A stretch of 64,000 nt of DNA from Eledone cirrhosa (lineage: Eukaryota). The stretch lies in NCBI GenBank assembly GCA_964016885.1, contig OZ024747.1, positions 42,842,001 through 42,906,000 of the forward strand, read 5' to 3'. A program made the position numbers and the translations under genes. The notes under the pieces were generated by a model, which saw nothing but the letters and a program-made list of their open reading frames with translations, had not been told where the DNA came from and did not search any database. Positions 29,040-41,995 of the stretch are shown one piece after another (position 1 is the stretch's first letter; each line of letters opens with the position of its first letter).

Positions 29040-29666
29040 TGATACCTGGAGATCAGATGTAGGTGTATAGCTATGAGCCAGAAACCAACATTCCATCATC
29101 ACAGTGGCAGCTTCCAGCATTACCAAGGCTCAAAAAAGCATGTCAGGTGCAGAACAAACTCAAAGTAGCGCTGCTTGTTTTCTTTGACTATATTTGCATC
29201 CCAAATATACATAAAGAAATCCTCTGATGTCTTTGTGATGCAGTTCAGCATAAGAGACCAGATCTGTGGGTTTCACAAAACTAGCATCTGCATTATGACA
29301 ATACTTTCACATTTGTCACAGATGATCCAAGGTTTCTTTGCAAAGAAATATATTTCACTCATTTGCCAGGATCCCTATTCTTCAGACATGGCTCCTTTTG
29401 TCTCCTGGTTGTTCCTATATATGAAGGGGCCAGTGAAAGTAAGCCATTTTTAGAGCCGAGATGATATCAAGCAAATTGTAACAGCAGAGATGAGAGACAT
29501 TCCAGAAGAAGCATTCCTGATGTGCTTCAAACAGTGGAAATATTGTTGGGCTTAGTGTGTACAGGCACCAGGAGCCAACTTCAAAAGACACTACCAATTG
29601 AACCCCATCAAGTACAAAATTTGTTTTTCTTAGCCTAAGGGCAGATACTTTTTTGAAAGACCTCAT
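29040..29666 (+). mobile_element. Decayed mariner transposase fragment with 3' TIR
   Basis: YEPET..S.QW, PR.KKA.QV, KV.L.VFFD and PYSSDMAP...WLF (YSPDLAP-like); ends GATACTTTTTTGAAAGACCTCATA. Confidence 0.75.
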
Positions 29667-30916
29667 ATGTGTTTAGACGTCCAAATCTTTTACGCTAGAA
29701 CCAATACTTGCAACAAGAAATTCTCCTTTCTGTACAGACAAGATTTCCACTGCAAGGAACAGGAATCCAATATTGGTAAGATCAAATAAGTTTTCCTTTA
29801 TCTGCAACCATAAGATTTCCATCACAACGAATAGGAATCTGATATTTAAAAGATCAAATATTTCTTTCTCCCTTTATTTACAATAATAAACAAAATTATT
29901 TTGCTGAAATTTGTTGTTGTTATTTTGGGTTATTTGTTTGTTTATTTATTTTTTTCATATGTTCTACCTTTGAATCTGTCTTAATAGTTCATCTTCAAAT
30001 ATTATGAGAAATAAACCTTTAGTCATAAACTCAGGAATTAAATCTAGGAATTGATGACATCCAAGTAAAAGGTCTTCATTTACTCTAGTTTCTGTCATTT
30101 TGACAGTGGCCATGCTAAGGCATGATCTTCAAGGTTTTTTTTTTTTTTATCAATTAATGATATAGAACTTCAGTAATTTTCTGGTACAATGATCTGTCCA
30201 CCAGTAAAGATATAAACATTTGAATTAGCAAATCTGTTTTTAGATATTTTCTGCTAAATCACTACATATGTTAAGAGTTAAACAAAAATTACTCTGATTA
30301 TCTATCCAACAACTTCTATAGTGACAACAACCAGCTTCTCTTATGAGGTTCTACATTAACATTATTTTTAAACAGAACTATCCAACATCATCATCATCAT
30401 CATCATCACCGTTTTATGTCCATTTTTTCATGCTAGCATATATGAGCAGCTGTGTTCAGTACTATGCAGCCTGAATGTCTATATAATGTAGGAAAATGTA
30501 AGGAAAATCATCATCATCATCATTTCATTTTACGTCCGCTTTTCCCTGCTTGCAAGGGTGGGACGGGAACTGATTCTGGCATGATTTCTACAGCTGGATG
30601 CCCTTCCTAACACCAACCTCATTTACAGTGAGTGCTGGGTGCTTTTTTGCCGTGGCACCTCCACGACCACTTTGCAGTGGAATGATAGAGACCCCAGTCC
30701 CTATCATCTCATTTCTACAGCTGAGTAAACTGGAGCAATGTGGAATAAAGTCTCTTGCTCAAGGAAACAACACATCACCCGGTCTGAGAATTGAACTCAC
30801 AACCTTTCGATTGCAAGGCCAATGCTCTAACCACTAAGCCATGTGCCTCCATGTAAATTAAATTTCAAATAGAATGGAAACAAGTGAAGTTACTTAAATA
30901 AGGTTCTACATTAGTG

Positions 30917-31266
30917 GACACAGTATGCTGTATGATTAAGCAGTTCAATTGTAATCATTAGGTTCTGGGTTTGATCCTACTGTGTGACATATTGGAAAAG
31001 TGTCAGTTACTATAGCTTTGGTTGATCCATGTCTTGTGAGTGAAATTGGGTAGACAGAAACTGTTTGGAAGTCCATCAGATGCTCTGTATCTGTAATTCA
31101 AAAGGCCAGCCTTGTATCACACTGTATCACATTGAATCTCCCTGAGAATTACATTGGAGGTACATGAGTCTGTGGAATGCTCAGCCACTTACATGTTAAT
31201 TTCATCAGCATACTGTTCCTTTGATCAAACAACTGGAAGACTCATCATCAAAATCAACAGAGGTTT
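30917..31266 (+). mobile_element. tRNA-derived SINE family C (also about 62900-63130; related 41325-41520)
   Basis: Shared GTGAAATTGGGTAGACAGAAACTGTTTGGAAG and CTCAGCCACTTACATGTTAATTTCAT segments. Confidence 0.65.
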
Positions 31267-31834
31267 ATTCTACATTCAACATTCTTTAAATGGTAAATTC
31301 TTTAATAGGTAGAGAATTGGTAGAAATCTTAGAATGTCAGAATACATTATAGTATTTGTTCCAGTTCTCTGTGTCAAGAGTTCAAATTATGCTGATGTCA
31401 ACTTCACCTTTCATACTTTCAAGGTTGATAAAAAAGTATCAATCCAATACTGGGGTAAATTTTTTCCTCTCTGTCTCTTTCTCATTTACTTGCTATCACT
31501 TCCTCTCTCCTTCTCTGGAAGAAATCAGTCACATTTAACCCTTTAGCATTAACACCAGCCATATTTGGCCAGAATTCTCTCATCTCTTTCTGATCAAACC
31601 GCCCATATTTGATTTTATATTGTGTGAGATAATTATGTGAGGTAAAGTGTTTACCATGAAAATACAATAGTTTATATAGAGTAAAGTAAATATTATACTA
31701 AAGGGTTAAACTTAGAGAGGGAATGAACTCTAATAAGTTTCAAATACTAAGTTATTTAAAAAGTTGTATGTCAGTATAGTGCTCTCATGACCCCAGCAAG
31801 AGTTACAGGTCAATATATATTCAAAGGGTTAGAT

Positions 31835-32150
31835 CAGTGATTTCCATCGTGGGGCACACACCCCATAGGGGTACAATTTGAATATTCAAGGGGGCCATTT
31901 GAAAATGATGTTAATGAGAACAAACCTCAGGTTTTAGTTTATTACTTTTACACCTTTGTAAAGGCAACTCTGCTGCACATTACTGTTAGAAAATCCTGTC
32001 TCACCTCTTCCATATGTCATTGTATATTTGGCACCACTTATACACCAATTTGTTTACACTTTACAGTTAATCATTGCTGTTTTCATGTCAAAGGGGACAT
32101 AACAATGTTTTAGATGTGGGGCATGGTGCACAAAAGGTTGGGAACCATTG
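31835..32150. mobile_element. hAT (Charlie/Buster-like) MITE
   Basis: CAGTGATTTCCA...GGGAACCATTG termini; 8-bp TSD GGTTAGAT at 31827-31834 and 32151-32158. Confidence 0.85.
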
Positions 32151-32727
32151 GGTTAGATAGAAATACATTAGTTTCACCTAGAACAATGACACATACTAAA
32201 AGCAGTATGTCACATTGGAATAAGCTTATGGGAAGCTTAAAAGTAAGAAAAACACAATATCAACATTTTGACTGAATCTGTATGAGTGTAATTGAAACTA
32301 ATAACATTTTGACAAGACTAGTTTCCATGATTAATCTTCCAATGACTGATTTCTTGCTTTGTCATTTTCTGTTATGTTAATAAAATCTCAAAGTAACCCA
32401 TTTATTGAAACTAGTTCTAGTTGTACTTTCTTCATTTGAATGCTTCTAGAAATGGCTAGAATTTTTGAACAGCACAGGTAGTATTATTTTTAATAAGATA
32501 TTGAAACCAATACAAGCTTATTGCTGTTGTTATTGTTGTTATTTCTGATAACTCTCCCACCATCATCATCACCATCACTATTACCGTAAGCATATATATA
32601 TATATATAAGCATCGGCCCTATTTTTGTCTGCTTGCACCAAAGTGCACACCTGTTCACTAAGTACACAGACACATGGACTCTGAGAAATGTGAACCTCTA
32701 AGTAAAAAAGTGCCTAAAACTGAGCCT

Positions 32728-34236
32728 TATCAGGACTTCACCACACAAACAAGCAGAAGGACCTTTCTATGAACACTTCCATCTACATTAAACCAACAGA
32801 CTCCCAATCTTATCTCGACTTCACCTCCTCCCATCCAACCCACACCAAACACTCCATAGCCTATTCCCAATTCCTCCGTCTTCGTCGACTCTGTAGCCAG
32901 GACGACGATTTCGAAACCCATTCCCTTTGCATGGCTTCCTGCTTCATCCAGCATGGATATCCCCCCACCTTGATCCAAGCTGCTCTCACCCGCGCCCGTG
33001 AAACAGACCACACCACAGTCCTCTCACCTCACCCCCACCCTCCCAACACCCGTGTTCCTTTCCCTCTCACCTACCACCCCATAACCCTTCCACTCCGGCG
33101 ACATATGCTCCGTTCCTTCCGTATCCTCTCTTCTGACCCCGTCACTGCTTGCTTTTTTCCAAACCCACCCATTACTGCTTTTAAGCGTGCCCAAAACCTC
33201 TGCGACCTCCTGGTTCGCAGTTCTTTTTCGTCCTCTCCCACGACTCCACCCGGCTCTCATACTTGTTCCCGTTCCTGCTGCAATACTTGTCCCTTTATTT
33301 CCACCCTCACCACTCTTACAGGGCCTAACGGGTCTTTCCGTATCCGCCATTCCTTCACCTGCACATCCACCCACGTTGTCTATGCCCTCCAGTGTTCCCT
33401 TTGCAGGTCTTTATATATCTGATAAACGGGATGCCGTATGGTGGACCGTTTTGCCGAACATTTGAGGGACATAGGCCTCGGTTTGGATACTCTTGTCGCC
33501 CATCATTTCTGTTCTCCTGGTCATTCTTCCCTACATGTTTCAGTCCTGGAGACCTTTTACATCATGGATCACAGGCCTCGCGCACCAGGACTGAACAAAG
33601 TCTGATTCACCGTCTTGGGTCCTATTCCCCTCTTGGACTCAACTCACCTCCCCAATTTCTCTAATACCCCGTCCATTATCACACCCCTTGATTCCTATCG
33701 CTTTCTCTTGATCATTAGCAGCTTCTCTTACTACTAATACATGCCGATACATACCCTTATATTGACATACTATTGCTCATTGCTTCGTACTTCCATGCAC
33801 ACACACTCTTTTACTCACATATACACACACATTTCTTCTTAGCTTCGTACGGACCTATAATAAGACACACAACACACACAAACTCATCTTTACGCACATG
33901 CTCAAGTATAGCTCTTTTTACAAAACTTTTTCTTTTCTATTTCAAGTAGACGCCTGCCATCATCCACTTTTCTAAAAAAACAAATCATACACAAAACGTC
34001 AGCACCAACAGTTTTCCAAGAGATGTCAACATGAATGGACCTGTTATTTTTATCTAAAGACATTTTTTCCAATTCCCGCCCGCCCATCTCCTCAATCTAT
34101 TTTATTTCTCATTCTTTCTTCTGATGAAGAACTAGCGTCCGAAATGTTAAGACCTTCTTCCTGCTATATCAAGCATTAACCTAATATATACCTTCCATAT
34201 ACTGTACCAATTGTGTTGTTATTTCTGTTTACCTTT

Positions 34237-34240
<4 letters not shown>
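32728..34240 (+). mobile_element. 5'-truncated Penelope-like element (Neptune-like): RT thumb, GIY-YIG and 3' pLTR region
   Basis: TSIYIKPTD..YL..TSSHP, YSQFLRLRRLCS, Cys-rich linker, FTCTSTHVVYALQC..C..LYI, RFAEHLRD, PLGLN; in-frame stops near 33420. Confidence 0.9.
34117..34152 (+). ncRNA. Minimal hammerhead ribozyme motif in the PLE 3' region
   Basis: TCTT-CTGATGA-AGAACTAGCGTCC-GAAA-TGTT-AAGA. Confidence 0.65.
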
Positions 34241-34273
<33 letters not shown>

Positions 34274-35134
34274 TGTCTATATAAGTGATTATAATGGAGT
34301 ATTCCACTATTACTTTTGGTAAATGAAACTACAATATATCTATATATTGTAGTGTGTGTGTATCCATATTTAAACTATCACTGAATTTTATTGGTTAGTC
34401 GTTTGTGAGAAAATGTGCAAATATCATTTTTAGATCCAGTTACAAAATTTATATAATTTGATTAGAAATTAAATAGCTCAGATATTAATTCTATAATGAT
34501 TATTTTTCAATAAACCTTAATAAAAACATAGAATAGTGAAATATTAAAACTGAGAGAAAAAATGTATTTGTGATCATATTATATGAAAAAAAAACCCATC
34601 ATGGTGATAATTTATTTAAATATAAATATATTTTAAAGCTTTTTGCGCTTTTTCTTTTCTTTTTGTAGGGGAAGAAACATAGTACAGTTCCCATGACCTC
34701 TGCAGACTTGTAAAATCGATGTTATAGATGTCAAGACTGAACATTAACATCTGTAGTAAAAATGTGAATAGTTTGTGAGTAAATCAAGGCCTTGTTGAAT
34801 CCTTGTAAGTAGGAGAACTTTACTAAAGAACATTTTTTATTAAATAGTATATATATATATATATATATACACATAAATAACATTACAAATTGATCTCAAT
34901 TCTTTCTGAATAACATTACAAATATAATATCATTGATAAACACAAATAAAAACACATATAACAAATACAACAGAAACATCACAAACACAACATCAAAACA
35001 CATGACCAGAGCGAGAGAGAGAGAACAAAAAGGGGGGGGGGGGGGAAACAAAAATGGAAACTACTATCAATTCACCATCAGTTGGGCACATATCATAAGG
35101 GTTAAAGACAGTGGAGGGAAACATATATAATAAA

Positions 35135-35545
35135 AGTTTCTACTTTTGGCACAAGGCCAGCAATTACTTCAGTACATTACTGGTGCTTTATTTTATCGAT
35201 CCCGTAAGGATGAAAGGCAAAGTTAACCTCGGAGGGATTTTAACTCAGAACGTAAAGGGCTACAACTCTATGCTGCAAAGCATAGTATCTGACGCTCTAC
35301 CGATACTGCCAATCCACCGCCAAACATATATAATAATTGTTTCTACTTCTGGCACAAGGCCAGCAATTATTCCAGTGTATTACTGGTACTTTATTTTATC
35401 GACCCCCGTAAGGATGAAAGGTAAAGTTAACCTCGGCGTTATATATAATTGTTTCTACTATTGGCACAAGGCCAGAAATTACCCAGTACATTACTGGTAC
35501 TTTATTTTATCGACCCCGTAAGGATGAAAGGCAAAGTTAACCTCA
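35135..35545 (-). mobile_element. Tandem array of one full and two partial SINE A copies
   Basis: GGCACAAGGCCAG...GGATGAAAGG...AGTTAACCTC three times. Confidence 0.85.
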
Positions 35546-35811
35546 ATGCTAAAGACATCCAAAGACCAATGGTGTTTTGCTGAAAACTGGGTCACTGGCA
35601 TTTATTTGTACTATAATTCTGGTAAATAAATGTTATTAATTCTCTGTGTTAAGGTGAACTTATTGGTTGAGTAGTTAGAGCATTGGACAGAATGTGTTGC
35701 AGTGTTTATTTTGGTTCTTTGTTCTCTCAGTTCAACTACTACTGATGTCAACTTTACCTTTCATCCTTTCAGGATTAATAAATAATGTATGAGCCAAATA
35801 TCAGGGTTAAT

Positions 35812-35886
<75 letters not shown>

Positions 35887-37030
35887 AATTGACTATGTGC
35901 AACACATCTGGGAGTAACTTAATTTATACACGACAACTCTGAGAATATTATATATATCTCAAAACCTACATCTCAAAACTTCATTGTCAACATTGCTAAA
36001 AATTGCCCATTTTTCTGTAAAACAAATAAAATTTCTATAATTCATTTACAAATTTCATGAGCTTGGATTGTTCAACCAATCAGCAACATCAATGACCCAA
36101 TAAAACAATTGACCAAGCAAAATTGCTGCATTATGTGGTTGATGAGCAATGTGTTGGCATATGCAAATAAAATCTTCTTCCTAATGTTTTGAATGTTCAT
36201 GGAATTTCTGTGAAATATATGTTGTATCTTTGGTGAACAGCAATTTTATTACATTTCATAATAATATCTGAAAACAATTTCTTGATTCCACAACAATGTG
36301 ACTCAAATTCGATTGCAAAGAGAGTTAAATTATCACTGAAACCCCAACAAAGATGGGAATTGGTTTTTCATGGTGTAGAATAAAGGTTCTCAACGGGGGG
36401 GGGGGGGGGGTCGTAGCCCCAGGGGGGCGTTATGCAGTAAGAGGGCGGTAGGGGGACGTTATGCAGTAGGGGGCGTTTGAAACTTTGAGGGCGCCAGAAG
36501 AAGCCTATTTAGTTTGGTAAGTTTTCTAAGTCATATTTGTACATCTCTTAGACAGTCAGTGATTTGAATGAAAACAAAGAAAATAAATTAAAGAAGCTTG
36601 TCAACGAATTCCCTAGGGAGATAAAAGAAAATCAAAAGAAATCAAAGAGAATGAAAGTAAGGACTACTTCAACAGAGATGACAAGTGAAGCAGTGGTGGT
36701 GAACATACACACACATACATACACACACACACATATATACACATACATACACACACACACACATATATACACACACAGGCCGGCGTTAGTGTTTGATGAA
36801 GTTGAGAACCTGGTCAGCTTTCAGCCAGAAGTGTGGTATTTAAACTCCCTAGGTAATAAAATTTTGCGACAAAAATGTTCTCCTTACCAAAAAAACAAGA
36901 CATAGATCATATCAACATCCTTACACACTTAAATATAAATGCATGTATATATACAAATGCATAGCTATATACATGCGTAAATGTATGTATATATGTATGT
37001 ATGTATGTAGATTTATATATATATATATAT

Positions 37031-37634
37031 GGTGGCTGCCAACTCGTTTTCGAGTACAGCCATTACTTTATATCCATGTAGGAGAACCCCCACCGATGCG
37101 CAGAACGAGTGTGACTTCTTAGTCCAGCCAGCGACTTGAAAACTCTGGTACAAACACTACACTTGTGACAATTATTGACACATAGTGCTGGGCCCATGGT
37201 ACCATGTGACGACAAGTGCAGAGAGATCTCCAGATATAAAGCAATGCCTGTGCAGTGAAGCTTTTATAGTGAGCAAAGGCACTGCACAAAGCCAGTCCCA
37301 CTCTCTTAACCAAGATGATATTTATCAAAAAGAAGAACAAGTCAACATCATTGGATACCATCAGAGTTGCAGGTGTTATATCAGAGTTTTCCTTCTCCTA
37401 GAATTCTGCCTTGACAAAGGCTAAGGGGTCATCTCTCCCGGTGATTTTGGATGGCCATTGACTCTTAAGAGCTCTTTTGCCCTTTGACAGGTTTTGTTTT
37501 TATTCCTGCAGGATGTTCAAAGTCACCCTCCTCACCAAGAAACCTTGGTGGGGTTGCCAGTTTAGTCGCCAATGACCCGACTATGAGTCAGGTTATACTG
37601 GGATACATGTTACCAGTAGCACCAACTGGTGACC
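37031..37634 (-). mobile_element. Bipartite RTE derivative, divergent subfamily
   Basis: Homologous head to 57662 onward; tail ACTCGAAAACGAG..GGCAGCCA; flanked by TA-rich microsatellite. Confidence 0.7.
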
Positions 37635-37656
37635 TGACATATATATATATACATGC

Positions 37657-37706
<50 letters not shown>

Positions 37707-37864
37707 CTACATACATATATTTATATATATATAGTAAGAATAGTTTTTGAATATATATATATACATATAAATCTACATACATATATACATACATTTATGT
37801 ATGTATATAGCTATGCATTTATACATTTGTATATATATACATGCATTTATATTTAAGTGTGTAA

Positions 37865-40800
37865 GGTTATAGGTCGATGTTTGTTGTATTCAAGAGACCA
37901 GGTGGAGGGGTGGATCTGCTAGATTCATTGTGGATAGAAAACGATGCTATAAGCTTTTCTGGGTGGGAAATGACAATGGGCTGGGTGGGGTAGGAATCAT
38001 GGTAGCAGAAAAGTGGGCAGATAAGATAATAGACGTAAATAGAGTGAACGACAGAATAATTAAAATAAGACTTGTCCTCAATAGAACTACGGTGACAGTA
38101 ATATCCGCGTACGCACCCCAATCCGGACTGCCCAGCACTATAAAAGACAGATTCTATGAGACACTGATGCTCACTACCTCCCAAATAACCGACTGACTAT
38201 ATAATTATTGCAGGCGACCTAAACGGTCACGTTGGACAACATTGTGACGGCTACGACGAAATCCATGGAGGCTATGGGTTTGGTACTAGAAATGAGGAAG
38301 GCTCCAGAATCCTGGAATTCTGTGACGCAAATAACCTAACTATCTGCAACACTAACTTCAAAAAACGAGACAATCACTTGATCACCTACAGATCAGGGGA
38401 ACATACCAGCCAGGTAGATTATATCCTTACCAGAAGACGTGACAAAGTGACTGTTGTAAACACTAAATCCCTCCCCCATGAGGAATGCACCTCCCAACAT
38501 AGACTGATAATTAGCGACCTAATAGTCAGGACGAGACGTACTAGACAACAGAAGAGGACTATCCTCAGGAGAAAAATATGGAAGCTAAAGGACCCCACAG
38601 TCAAAAATAAATTCCAAAGCATATTACTTGATGCTTTCGACAGTAAGGAAGAGCAATTAGAGTCGTGCAAGGTAGAGGAACAGTGGGAATTCCTGAAAGC
38701 AAACCTGCTGACGGCGGCAGACGAAGTCTGTGGCTGGAGCAGGCCTGTAGGCAGGAGGAGAGTAACATGGTGGTGGAACAGTAAGGTGGAGGGGTCAATT
38801 AAGGCCAAAAAGCAGGCTTGGAAAGTATGGCGGGATGGGGGAAGCAGAGAAGACTATCAAGTGGCCAGGAGGGAAGCTAGGAGACAAGTGTACTTCGCAA
38901 GAAGGGAAGCAGAGGAAAGAAAGTTCAAGCATGTTCTACAACGTGAGGACCAAAAACGTGAGGTGTTCAGGATTGCTAGGCAATGTGTCAAGGAAAACAG
39001 TGATATTGTCGGGGAGAAGTGTGTACTTAACGATGACGGCGTACTTGCCATCACCGACGCCGATAAGAAGGTAGCTTGGAAGTGTCACTATGAAAGGCTA
39101 CTAAATGAGGAGAATAAATGGGAGAAAGACAGTCTCCCCCACATCGACCCAATAGAGGGACCAGCAGTGTTAGTCGAGGGTAGTATAATAAGTAAGGCAA
39201 TCAAGGATATGAAGACGGGTAAGGCGGCTGGGCCTTCGGAAATAGTTGCTGAGATGCTGAAGGCATCTGGTACGGTGGGACACACCATGGTCACCCGGAT
39301 AGTCAACCAAGTCATACAGCATGGGGTTGTTCCGAAGGACTGGCGTAGCAGCATCATCGTTAACTGTTATAAGGGTAAAGGAGATGCCCTAGATAGGAGT
39401 AACTATAGAGGCATTAAATTAATCGACCAGGTCATGAAGGTCACGGAAAAAGTAATAGCGCAACTAATCAGAGAGCGAATTGATCTAGATGAAATGCAGT
39501 TCGGGTTTGTGTCAGGAAAAAGTACCACAGACGCTCTTTTCATTGTACGACAACTACAGGAGAAGTACCTAGCTAAAAGTAAACCCCTATACTTAGCTTT
39601 CGTCGACTTGGAGAAGGCCTTCGACAGAGTCCCCCGTTCCATTATCTGGTGGGCTCTTAGAAAACTAGGTGTTGATGAATGGCTTGTGAGAGCTATACAA
39701 GCCATGTATAAAGAAACAGTCAGCAAGGTTAGAATTAACAACGAATATAGTGAAGAGTTTAGAGTAAAAGTTGGTGTTCATCAGGGCTCTGTTCTTAGCC
39801 CCCTACTATTTATTATTGCCCTCCAGGCTATAACAGTGGAGTTCAAGACCGGCTGCCCATGGGAACTCGTATACGCAGATGATCTAACGCTCATTGCTGA
39901 ATCAATGGCCGAGCTAGAGAAGAAATTCCAAACATGGAAGCACGGCCTAGAATCAAAAGGCCTTAAAATTAACCTGGCTAAGACTAAAGTTCTAGTTTGT
40001 AAGAAAGAAAATAAGGCGGCGGTCCCCTCCGGGAAGTGGCCATGCGCAGAGTGTAGGAAAGGCGTAGGTAGAAATTCCATTTTGTGTCCCAAATGCAAAG
40101 TTTGGGTGCATAAAAGATGTAGTGGGATCACAGGTAAGCTAACTAAGAACATAGATTTTACATGTGGCCGGTGTTCTGGTGCAATAAGTAGCAGCAAGTG
40201 CCCACAAAATACTAGCTCTTTCAACTGCGCAGAGGGTTCTATAGAAATAGTGGACAGCTTCCGTTACCTGGGTGACAAAATCAGCAGTGGGGGAGGGTGC
40301 TCTGAAAGTACAGTAGCTAGAGTCAGAACTGGGTGGAAAAAGTTCAGAGAGCTTATACCACTATTAGCCGCTAAAGGGTTCTCCCTAAAAATGAAAGGCA
40401 GGTTGTACGATGCCTGCATACGAACAGCAATGTTGCATGGCAGTGAGACCTGGGCATTGTGTGCAGAGGATATACGCAGACTAGAGAGAAACGAAGCTTG
40501 CATGCTCCGCTGGATGTGTAATAGTAATATACGTGAACGACAAAGCATAAACGAACTAAGGAAAAAATTAGAAATAAGAGGGATCAGATGTTGTTTACTC
40601 GAGAGAAGGCTACGTTGGTATGGTCACGTGATGCACATGAAGGACGATAGCTGTATAACAAAGTGCAGGGCAATAAAGATAGACGGTAGCCACGGAATAG
40701 GCAGACCCAGAAAAACCTGGGACGAGCTGATAAACTCCGACCTCACACACTTACACCTCACCAAGACAATGTCACTGGACCGAGACCTTTGGCGGTACTC

Positions 40801-41223
40801 AGTAATACAGAAGACCCGCCTCACCTAAATACAAAGTAAAACCTACTACAGTCAGTAGGCATCTCTAACAAAATACACCCCCGTCCCACCACCCCCACCC
40901 CATCCACACCGCTCCCTTCTATGTAAAGTTATGTTGGTGCCACACCATCCAGGCCGAAACAAATGAGATCGTGTAGGTGTCACGACAAAAAAACACACAG
41001 TCCACGCTGTAATGTGGCCGTGTAGGCAACACGGTAAAAACCTCCCAGTCCCACACTGTAAACGTGGTTGGTGTTAGGAAGGGCATCCAACTGTAGAAAA
41101 CCTGCCAGACAGTCCTATGCGAGCAAGACAATCACTCTTGCCTCAAGTTGGGAAAACCCCCATCCAAACCCATGCAAGCGTGGAACACGGACGTTAAACG
41201 TTGTTGATGATGATGATGATGAT
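37865..41223 (+). mobile_element. RTE LINE insertion including 3'UTR and (GAT)n tail
   Basis: The ORF above plus about 390 nt of UTR ending GGACGTTAAACG..(GAT)n. Confidence 0.92.
37873..40828 (+). CDS. RTE LINE ORF (APE endonuclease, RT, PHD-like finger); slightly 5'-truncated, one frameshift near 38190
   Basis: VDVCCIQETRW, SAYAPQ, AGDLNGHVG, SQVDYIL, FVDLEKAFDRV, GVHQGSVLSP, YADD, RLRWYGHV; open 816-aa segment 38378-40828. Confidence 0.95.
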
Positions 41224-41591
41224 ATATATGTATATATATATGTGTGTATAATATATATATTATACACACACACACACATACACACACACATATATATATA
41301 TATGCAGTGTGACAAGAAGCTTGTTTCCCAACCACATATTTACGGGTTCAGTCCCACTGCCTGAGCCGACCAAAGCCCTGTGAGTAGATTTGATAGATCG
41401 AAACTAAAAGAAGCCCGTCGTATATATGTCTGTGTGTGACTTTGCGTTTGTGTTTGCCCTCCCACCAATTCTTGTTGGTTTGTTGATGTCCCCATAACTT
41501 ACCAAGGTGATGCTCCAGCATGGGCGTAGTCCAGAGACAGAAAAAAAAGTAAAATATATGTGTGTGTATGTGTGTGTGTGTGTGTGTAGAA

Positions 41592-41995
41592 GAGGGGTCT
41601 CAAACTCAAGGACACAAAAGGGCTATTATGTCCTGGAGGAGAGACACAGTGGGCCAAATGTGGTGGTGGGTGAAAATTTTCACCAGTTATAATCATTTCT
41701 ACTATAGGAACAAGGCATGAAATTTGGGGTTTAGGGTTCAGTCGATTGCATCGATCCTAAAACACAACTGGTACTTAATTCATCGACCCCAAAAGGATGT
41801 AAGGCAAAGTTGAGATCGGCGGAATTTGAACTCAGAACGTAAAAACGGTAGATGTACCGTTAAGCATTTCGCCAGACGTGCTAACGATTCCACCAGCTCG
41901 CCATCTTATTTTCACCAGTTATAATGCGATATGAAATATTGGTTCTACCATGGGCCACAGATAAGTAGTTCGCAGGCCGCATGTGTGAGCCCCTG
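41592..41995. mobile_element. Small hAT-like MITE interrupted by a minus-strand SINE A (41694-41907) with 18-bp TSD
   Basis: AGGGGTCTCAAAC...TGAGCCCCTG ends; TSD ATTTTCACCAGTTATAAT at 41676-41693 and 41908-41925. Confidence 0.65.

Noticed and set aside
38419-40824. Antisense and alternate-frame ORFs over the LINE (also over the PLEs and Chapaev element)
   Set aside because: Shadow ORFs of transposon coding sequence.
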